A DNA stretch of 64,000 nucleotides from Eledone cirrhosa (Eukaryota): contig OZ024758.1 of assembly GCA_964016885.1 (NCBI GenBank), positions 7,998,001 through 8,062,000 of the forward strand. Reading direction: 5' to 3'. Below are positions 54,942-64,000 of the stretch, piece after piece. Under the pieces are notes generated by a model, which had not been told where the DNA came from, searched no databases, and was given only the letters and a program-made list of their open reading frames with translations. Both the position numbers and the translations under genes were made by a program. Position 1 is the stretch's first letter; every line of letters starts with the position of its first letter.

Positions 54942-55490
54942 TTCCTCCTCCTCCTTCTTCTTCTTCCTGAGGGGGTCATGGGGGGCAGAGTCCTCAAACA
55001 CTCCTCTTTGGGGTCTCGGGATACGCAACCTTTGTGCACCCATGTCACAGGTCGCAGGCCCTTTGCCAGTTTTTGCGCCATGATATGGAGACTGCAATAT
55101 ATTTTTCAAACAGACCCCTCTTACTCAGGCCTGGACACGTCCCTTGTTAACCCCGCAAAGGATGGTGAGGTTTTGTTTTTCTTATATTGCTGTTTCAGTT
55201 TCAGTGGTTTTTTTCGCACCAGTCACCAATCTGGTACTTTGTCAAATCCACAAAGACCAGGTTTATTTAGAGGTGGCCTTTACTTGCCTTGTTGTAGCTA
55301 CGTCGCTGGGTTGTGAGAGTTTTCTTGGGAACTACAGGCGTCACCCATTGCTCCATCTCCTCCCCCACCTAGTAGTTTACCGCTGTTGGTCTGGGGTTGC
55401 TTATTCATCCGGTAGTTGCCCACATATATCGCAACTATCCATCATATCTGGTTGGCATATCGCTATCCACCACCTGTAACCCATTCTCTA
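54942..55490 (-). mobile_element. Probable internally deleted RTE derivative
   Basis: GC-richer non-coding block joined to the aggagtgtttgaggactct..cctcaggaagaag tail of the 20 kb RTE family. Confidence 0.45.
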
Positions 55491-56030
55491 AAAGTGCAGC
55501 TCTGTCAAAAATAAAACAATATCCATTTTTCTAAATGCTTAAGTTTTTTAGGCATTAGTATTTAGGATTGAAATTGTGATCAAAAGTAATTCTAGAACAG
55601 AACAGATGGTAAAATAAACTCAAAAATGGTTAGATGCAAATGGCTTTGAAAAAATAACAGAAGTAGGAATGGAATTTTATATAACTGATTTTGCTGAAAA
55701 TGGAAAATTAAAATTCCTTTAACAAACTTTTGCATCTTTTGATGGAATAGTTTGTTAACTCTTTCATCGTTATGTTTCTGATGACATATACAGTGTTTTA
55801 CAGTGTTTCAATTAATTAATAAAGAGGATTTAGTTATAACATTATTTATATGGTGTTTGTAATATAATTTAACTCTTTCGATACCAAAAATGTGTGAAAC
55901 TACATCCTGATTCTTTTTAAAGAGTTTATATTGACTTGAAATCCTTTCATCATAATTGCTATAAAATGTTTATAATGTTTAACTGTTGTAAATTGATGGT
56001 TCCTTCAGATTGTTATAATGTATTTAACAG

Positions 56031-56099
56031 CTTGAATCACAACATGATGTTTGTTATGAAGCTGATATACCAACCTGGGAAACACATGGACCTCTCATG
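56031..56099 (+). CDS. NUP188: NUP188-like exon (LESQHDVCYEADIPTWETHGPLM)
   Basis: Boundaries tttaacag| and |gtaatg, 69 nt, phase 0-0. PTWETHG.LM matches the recalled NUP188 motif PTWETHGNLM. Confidence 0.92.
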
Positions 56100-56111
56100 G
56101 TAATGTATTAT

Positions 56112-56159
<48 letters not shown>

Positions 56160-56294
56160 TTTTCCTCTACTATAATCTTCTTAAACCACCTTCTTCTCAC
56201 CCGTATATTTTTCACTCCCATCCTAGTACCTTCAAAGACATTTTTTACAATTCCACCCCGCCCGTCCCTTCAATCTATCTAATTTCTCATTCTT

Positions 56295-56330
56295 TCTTCT
56301 GATGAAGGACTAGCGTCTGAAACGTTAAGA
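56295..56330 (+). ncRNA. Minimal type I hammerhead ribozyme (family C, Penelope-like style)
   Basis: TCTT-CTGATGA-A-GGAC tagc GTCT-GAAAC GTT-AAGA. Helix I TCTT/AAGA, palindromic AACGTT in place of helix III. Confidence 0.65.
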
Positions 56331-56400
56331 CCCTCTTCCTGCTATTTCAAGCGTTAACCTAATATATTCCTTCCATATACTGTACCGATTGTGTTGTTAT

Positions 56401-56805
56401 TTATATTTAGGTATCAGCCGTACTAAGAGTGAGAAATTTCATTTCATTCTTTTCCATTTATCGTTTTCGGTACGCCCGGCCAACTAACTCACTCGATATG
56501 CAAATTAGGCTGCTCAGCCGTTAATATGCATAAGGAAAGTATATACTTTCAAATGTTCAATGATCTGACAGAAAGGTATACGATGCTGATGATAGCTAAT
56601 AAGCTTGAAACTAGTACATCATTCCTGTGTCAGTGTTGAACAAAAGGGTGACGATGGTTGCCGAACACTGTACGGCATAATTCGGGCTGTTTGTTTGTTT
56701 ACAAACAAACCGAACATTATAATAAATGTTCGGTAAACCCATACGTACATATATATATACATACTACTGTGCGTCTGTACACCTATATGTATGTACGTAT
56801 ACATA

Positions 56806-56812
<7 letters not shown>
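56401..56812 (+). mobile_element. Second copy of the hammerhead element (about 406-nt monomer)
   Basis: Colinear with the 21.9-22.3 kb unit (cagccgtactaagagtg, actcgatatgcaaatt, ribozyme, ccgaacattataataaatgttcgg). Begins and ends with ttatat. Confidence 0.7.
56582..56620 (+). ncRNA. Minimal type I hammerhead ribozyme (family A, second copy)
   Basis: GATG-CTGATGA-T AGC taataa GCT T-GAAAC TA GTA-CATC, GUA site after 56616. Helix I has A-U where the other copy has U.G. Confidence 0.8.
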
Positions 56813-56840
<28 letters not shown>

Positions 56841-59161
56841 TTGTTATCATCTTATTGGATAAAACACTCCACTTGTCATTCTCTCTCTCTCTCTCTCTCT
56901 TTGCCAATCCATAACTCCCTCTCTCCCTTTCTCTCACCTTCCTTCATTCCTGTTTCTCTCAAACATTACATGTTACAGCTGAACTACTGTCTACGGTGTC
57001 GTATGTAATAATCCATAGACTTCACTGAACACTTACATATAATAAATTGGCATATTTGAACTATTCTCAGACAATATTTACTCTTTACATATTGTCATCT
57101 GCTTAACAACAGTACCCGGTCTTGCTTAGTTACTCTCAAAGAGCACACTATAACTATATAAATATCCTTCTATCATTACACTCCAGGAAATTATATTAAG
57201 ATTTCAAAACAGAACATTCCCTCACTATTCCTGTCCATCATCATCACCGTTTAATGTCAATTTTTCCACACTAACATGGGTTAGACAAGTTCTCCCGTTA
57301 TGAGATAAGCCACGTCAGATAACCGTGTCTTGCTTCTACAGAACTGGTTTTGCATTGGTTTCTATGGCTGGATGCCCTTCCTAATGCCAACCACATTTAC
57401 AGTGTGTACTGGCTGCTTTATTGTCGTGATACCAACATGACCACTCTACAATGTGGACTGTGTACTTTATTGTCGTGATACCAACATGACCACTTTACAA
57501 TGTGGACTGTGTACTTTATTGCCGTGATACCAACATGACCACTTTACAATGTGGACTGTGTACTTTATTGCCGTGATACCAACATGACCACTTTACAATG
57601 TGGACTGTGTACTTTATTGCCGTGATACCAACATGACCACTTTACAATGTGGACTGTGTACTTTATTGTCGTGATACCAACATGACCACTTTACAATGTG
57701 GACTGTGTACTTTATTGTCGTGATACCAACATGACCACTTTACAATGTGAACTGGTTCAAGCATCAGATTTGATGATCCAGCACTTTATGTTCTGATTTC
57801 AAATTCTACTTTAGAATTTGAATTCTACCACTGACCAGGACTAATCAGCTGACCACAGAACCACAACTGGTTATAAAACCTGTAATAGGTGAAGCAGGAT
57901 TATGTCTATCTGTTAGTGTAGTCAAACATTGATGATAAGGATTATACACAAATAAATATAATTGTCTCAGTACCTCAATAAACAACATCAAGTTACCAAT
58001 GTAATGTGTTTGGTGTTAGGAAGAGCATCCAGCCATAGAAACCAAGTCAAAATATAGGTCTGTATCAGCAAGGTGTGGTCTCATGACCCAACTAGTCTCA
58101 TAACGTGACAACCCGACTAAGTCATGCAAGCGTTGAAAATGGACATTAAATAATTGTTTCTACTTTTGGCACAAGGCCAGCAATTATCCAATGCATTACT
58201 GGTACTTTATTTTATCGACCCCGTAAGGATGAAAGGCAAAGTTAACCTCGGCGGGATTTGAACTCAGATCATACAGAGAGGTAACTCTATGCTTCAAAGC
58301 ATGGCATCCGACCTTTGGATGGACATTAAATAATAATGATGATGGGGATGATAGCCAGACAAACTAAGAAAATATGTAGAGATGCATAACACAGTCACTG
58401 GTGATATTTCAACTAGTCACCAACTAGTTATGACCTGGTATCTTACCACACAGTCATTTTACTTCATTGCATTATATCATATATGAGGGTCGACTCAACA
58501 GTTCATAATTTATCTACTAAATTTTGTATCTGTTGATTAAAAATAAATATTTTTATATATAATGATTGCTTTATTTTAAAATTCACTTCTTTTAAAATGT
58601 TCAAATGTCTACACTTCCTGTTATGATATAACGTCCACTATATCATATCGCTTATATAAACCTTCATATATTTCGTTATATCATAATTGTTTCTACTTTT
58701 GGCACAAGGCCAGCAATTATCCCAGTGCATTACTGGTACTTTATTTTATCAACCCCATCATTATGTTATATCATGATGTTTATATTTCCGTCGCTAATTT
58801 TCTCCCTTTTTGTTTTCATTACATTTCACCATAATGCAGTTTATATAAAATATTGTCTTTATTAAATGTATCATGGATTACATTACTGATTACAGAAGAC
58901 AGTGTAACACAGTCTCTCTTCAATTTCTGTGCATATTGTTAATTACGTTTTTATTTGCCATATCTTATCTACATGCATAAATATTTGCATAAAATATCAA
59001 TATGTACACTACACATGCTAGCAGAAAAACCACCCTGCTAGTGTATGTAATAATGATACTTTTATGACTGAGTCAGGAGTTAAGGACCCATGAATACATT
59101 ATTCCCTTTGTTTCTGTTAAAAATGTTATCATTCTTTTCTTTTCCTTTTCTGTACTGATAG

Positions 59162-59209
59162 AATAAAAAGCATTCTATGATATGGGCAATACAAAATTTG
59201 AAAGAACAG
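59162..59209 (+). CDS. NUP188: NUP188-like exon (NKKHSMIWAIQNLKEQ)
   Basis: Long pyrimidine tract to ..gatag|, donor |gtaagt, 48 nt. W..Q.L.EQ pattern as in recalled TERQVSRWFVQCLREQ. Confidence 0.88.
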
Positions 59210-59267
59210 GTAAGTTTGGTCTATTTCCATGTGTCTTGTTTCTCATATCTACTTCTACTTCATTTCT

Positions 59268-60019
59268 AATAGTGAAGATATCATACAGTTGTATTGATAC
59301 AGGTTCAGTGGGTTTAACTGAAAATAGTGAAGATATGACACAGTTGTATTGATACAGGTTCAGTGGGTTTAACTGAAAATAGTGAAGATATGACACAGTT
59401 GTATTGATACAGGTTCAGTGGGTTTAACTGAAAATAGTGAAGATATTTGACACAGTTGTATTGATACAGGTTCAGTGGGTTTAACTGAAAATAGTGAAGA
59501 TATGACACAGTTGTATTGATACAGGTTCAGTGGGTTTAACTGAAAATAGTGAAGATATTTGACACAGTTGTATTGATACAGGTTCAGTGGGTTTAACTGA
59601 AAATAGTGAAGATATGACACAGTTGTATTGATACAGGTTCAGTGGGTTTAACTGAAAATAGTGAAGATATTTGACACAGTTGTATTGATACAGGTTCAGT
59701 GGGTTTAACTGAAAATAGTGAAGATGTGACACAGTTGTATTGATACAGGTTCAGTGGGTTTAACTGAAAATAGTGAAGATATTTGACACAGTTGTATTGA
59801 TACAGGTTCAGTGGGTTTAACTGAAAATAGTGAAGATATGACACAGTTGTATTGATACAGGTTCAGTGGGTTTAACTGAAAATAGTGAAGATATGACACA
59901 GTTGTATTGATACAGGTTCAGTGGGTTTAACTGAAAATAGTGAAGATATGACACAGTTGTATTGATACAGGTTCAGTGGGTTTAACTGAAAATAGTGAAG
60001 ATATGACACAGTTGTATTC
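59268..60019. repeat. 55/57-bp minisatellite, about 13.5 copies
   Basis: Unit aatagtgaagatat(tt)gacacagttgtattgatacaggttcagtgggtttaactgaa. Confidence 0.95.
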
Positions 60020-60746
60020 AATAGGGTTAACTCTAACACTAATAGAGTCATGTGATTAACAGAAGTTATCTTTTAACTCCTTTGTTATTATATTTCTAAT
60101 TAAATGTACTGACAGTACAGAATCAGTTCCCATATGAGCAAGAGAAGGTCAGCTGACCGGACACTGCCCACAACAGGACAACCCGTCTAACCCATGCTAG
60201 CGTGGAAGAACGGACGTAAAATGATGATGATGATGATATATAGTTACATTGACACCATGTATGTTCCAGGCAGATATAGGTGGCTCTCGTTATTCAATAG
60301 ATTGTGTTTCTCATAATAATTGTTCTAAACCAAGACAAAGTTAGCACTGAAAATAAATGGCTGATTATAAATTTGAGAACATTATGGAAATATGGATTAA
60401 GTTAACCAATTAGAAGATAGGAAGCGAGATTGGTAATACGTAATGAGCAGAAATTGAAGGTTTATTAAAACTTGCATTAATTCTTTGATGTTCATATGCT
60501 AATGGTGCAACTGCAGAATTATCTTCAAAATTTGGCACCAATGTGTGTTTGTGTGTTTGTGCGCATATAGGTACCTGCTATGTGTGTGTGTGCGCATATA
60601 GGTACCTGCTATGTGTGTGTATAAGCATCAATGGTGTGTGTGTGTGTGTATAAGCACCAATGCTGTGTCTGTGTTTGCATAAGCACCAATGCTGTGTCTG
60701 TGTTTGCATGTGACATATGTGTACCTGTAGCATGTGTATGTGTATA

Positions 60747-60793
<47 letters not shown>

Positions 60794-62275
60794 CTATGTA
60801 CACTGAAATGACTAGATGTTTTAGATATATTTTCTGTTACGTAGGTGATATTATTAATGGCTGAGACACATTCAATGAAAAAATATAGATTGGCAAATGT
60901 TATGAAAAAGATGAGTTACTTCCACTGACAACAAAGAGTCTCTCTCTAAAGTATAGATTTTATGTGACATATCAGAAGTACCATGGACATTAAATCCAGA
61001 TCATCAACGACAGGGGGAAGATGGATGTGTAGCCTTTTCACTGGTGTAGATGATATATGCTAAGAGAAATGGTATTGTATACTAACAGTGGACACTGCCT
61101 TTCATTCAACTAGATGAAGGAAAAATTAGGTGGGTGATGCCAGTTCTGAAGACAAATAGGAAAGATGTTTTTTGTAAGACCTATCCAACCCATCCTATTA
61201 TGGAAAATGTGTCTTAAGACAATAATAATAGCTCTGCAGTGGAATATATGCCAGTTAATCAATGAGAAGGCATTTTTTTTTTGGGGGGGGGGGGGGGGGA
61301 TATCACTGAGTTAACTAAACTGCAGTGAAAATGTTCAAATAGCTTCTTTTGAGATACTTAATCCTTTCATTACTGACTTTTTTTACTGTATACACTCAAA
61401 TATAAACCGAGAAATATGTGACCAAAAAATCAAAAGTAAAATGGGTGGGGGTCAGTTTATATATGCCGTCTAAACAATGTGATTAGCTGCCTCGACTTAT
61501 AAATGGAGTTTGTATTTTTGCCCATTTCTCATACATAAAATAGGGGACAGGTGTCATCTTATATTTAAATCGACCATTTGCTTGACCCTTTAGCATTTAC
61601 TATTATGTTTTCACAGTAAACACTTTATCTCACATAATATTGAATCTATGAGATTTTGATATTATTTATTTTGAGAACAATACCTTAACATAAGTATGAG
61701 CTGCTGGTTATGGCCAGTTTGAACAGAAAGAGGTGAGAGAATTCTGGCTGGATACGGCCAGTTTAAATGCTAAAGGTTTAATTTCTTATAGGTGTGGGGG
61801 GGGGGGGGGTAATTGTATAGTGTATGTTCGTAAATATGGGATTTCTTGTAATGTTCTGTTTTTGGCATATGTAATGTTTATTTAATGTAAAATAAAATTA
61901 TTATTAGATTCTCCAGCTGCTGTATCAATATGAATCAGTTATAATAAAATTTTGCCAGAAATAGATTTGCAAAATTTAATAAGCAGGTGGAAGTGGGGGA
62001 GGGGGTCTGGAAAATTAATAAATTTGTTCAATTTATTCAATAGATTTATTCAATACCTGAGAGTACTTCCTGTAGAAGAGAAAATGTAAAACATGTTCAA
62101 AAAAACTTTAGACATGGAATTTATAAATTAAGACAATGACAAAGTAAAATCTCAAATAATATCTGAGATATGGTATTTTATAATTAGGGAAAGACTTTAT
62201 GTTCATCCTGTATATTGTTCAACTATCTTTTGTACTATAGATTCTGACTATAATATATATTTTGTCTCCTCCTAG

Positions 62276-62365
62276 TGTGAAGTTCTAGAATGCATGCTTA
62301 TATCACTTGGTGATATTGCAGAATGTGATTCCAAAAAGTTCATTGAACTCTTCGACAAATTCAAG
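62276..62365 (+). CDS. NUP188: NUP188-like exon (CEVLECMLISLGDIAECDSKKFIELFDKFK)
   Basis: Boundaries tctcctcctag| and |gtaaga, 90 nt, phase 0-0, open frame. LE and FK positions as expected. Confidence 0.85.
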
Positions 62366-62483
62366 GTAAGAAACTATTTGCTTTTCCCCCAATGTGTTTT
62401 ATCAGAATACTTCAATGCCATGTGTAGGGGATATATGGTAGTAAATATTCTGATGATATAATCAAACTAGTTCTATACTGAAG

Positions 62484-62800
62484 GTGCAGGGCTTAGTGGT
62501 TAGAGCTTGCAATCGGAAGGTTGTGAGTTCGATTCTCGGACAAGGTGATGCGTTGTGTCCTTAAGCAAGACACTTTATTTCACATTGCTCTGTAGAAATC
62601 AGTTGCGACGTCACTGGTGCCAAGCTGTATCGGCCATAGCGTTTCCCTTGAACAACATCAGTGGCATGGAGAGGGTAGGTTGGTATGAATGGGTGACTGC
62701 TGGTCTTCCACAAACAACCTTGCCCGGACTTGTGCCATGGAGGGAAACTTTTTAGGTACAAATACCATGGTCATTCGTGACCGAAAGGGGTCTTTTACCC
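62484..62800 (+). mobile_element. tRNA-headed SINE, further family; relatives at 20765-21060 (-) and 9790-9950 (-)
   Basis: Head ggcttagtggttagagc..gtgagttcgattctc, shared 3' part ctgctggtcttc..aaacaaccttgccc.g.cttgtgcc. Confidence 0.7.
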
Positions 62801-63874
62801 TTAGTTCTATACTTTTATATTTTCATGTATAATGTTTTATTCTATAGCTTTAACCCTTTAGTATTCACATTACTCTTATATTTTCATGGTAAAGGCTTTA
62901 TCTCACATAATATCGAATCTATGAGATTTTGAAAGTATTTATTTTGAGAACAATACCTTAACATCAGTTTGAGTGACCAGTTTCAACAGAAAAAGGTAGA
63001 GAATTCTGGTCGGTTTTGGGCGGTTTGAACATTAAAGGGTTAAATTGCTATTTAACTCTTAACATCCTGTAATGATTTAGCAGAAAATATCTAAAAATAG
63101 GTTTGTTAATTCAAATGTTTGTATTATCTTTACTAGTCGACAGAATCTTTTTTAAATTTGCAGTGTTGGGGTAAAGACTTTAATTCTTAATGTGATGCAG
63201 TCATAGTGCAGTTTTGTACTCTTCAAGAATGTCTTGCTAACGTGGTTTAATACAGTCTATTAATTCAGATGTTTGTAGTATCTGTAATACTGCAAATTTC
63301 CACAACGATCTGACCACTGGTAGAGTGGTCAGATTGTTGTTTGATTTTCAATGTGATTTAGTCATATTGCTGTTTTGTACTTTTCCAGAATGTCTTGCTA
63401 ATGTTGTTTCATACAGTTTGTTAATCCAAATGTTTATAGTATCTTAAATACTGTAAATTTCCACAACAGTCTGACCACTAGTAGAGTAAAGACTCTATTT
63501 AAGAATGTCTTATAGAGTTTCATGCAGTTAGAGAAGGTTACATATTAATCTAGTGTTATACTTTGATCTGAACCACTGCAAATATATAAACAATAAAATA
63601 AATAATGAATAAATAAATCCATGAGCTTGGCTGGTCTCACTTGGAGATCCAGTTGGATCAATTGGAGATGTTTGCTTGTGACAGGACCCACTAGAAGGAG
63701 TGTTTGAGGTGACTTCTCCCATGACCCTCTCAAAAATAAGTCGGCAAAGATGAATAAATAATGAAATCATTATATATACCCTTTTTGTTGATTTGTATTA
63801 ATTAAACAAGAAATTATATTTATATCATTTTATATATGTTGATTAAATATAAATTTTTTTTTTTTTTAATTTAG

Positions 63875-63951
63875 AATCAAGGCTTTGGACAGTGGCAGAA
63901 ATTCTGCCATATACTTGATGTATCTTCAGAAAAATACCTTAAAAAAATTGA
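63875..63951 (+). CDS. NUP188: NUP188-like exon (NQGFGQWQKFCHILDVSSEKYLKKIx); gene continues beyond the window
   Basis: Poly-T tract to ..ttag|, donor |gtaagt, 77 nt ending phase 2. QGFG...H..D motif. Confidence 0.88.
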
Positions 63952-64000
63952 GTAAGTTATTTATTGCTCTCATGCACTCATACACACATATACACACTCA

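Noticed and set aside
56009-56030. Alternative acceptor tccttcag 22 nt upstream of exon 56031
   Set aside because: Its use would shift the frame; the downstream AG gives the expected peptide length.

Overview
AT-rich eukaryotic genomic DNA dense in microsatellites and repeats. The SINE/RTE-LINE/MITE repertoire resembles a cephalopod (octopus-like) genome; this is inference, not proven. Nearly all ORF-track entries are translations of simple repeats or decayed transposons. The real gene is a + strand, large-intron gene. Eight GT-AG exons (19428-63951, 645 nt) splice into one open frame of about 215 codons that matches, from recall, the N-terminal region of nucleoporin NUP188 (GLDE, DYY..ER, HPY, PTWETHG.LM, QGFG motifs). 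Its first exons were not confidently found and it continues past the window. The introns and upstream region hold tRNA-headed SINEs, RTE-type LINE 3' ends, TTAA and hAT MITEs, a mariner-type relic and TE-derived minisatellites. The most notable hidden signal is a set of minimal type I hammerhead ribozyme motifs from several families, often in fold-back arrangements next to (TA)n tracts. One family is a non-coding unit of about 410-420 nt present twice (21.7-22.3 kb and 56.4-56.8 kb). It shows terminal redundancy, an inverted end-to-start junction copy, shifted start points and a compensatory helix change. These features are expected of a circular-RNA 'retrozyme'-like element.
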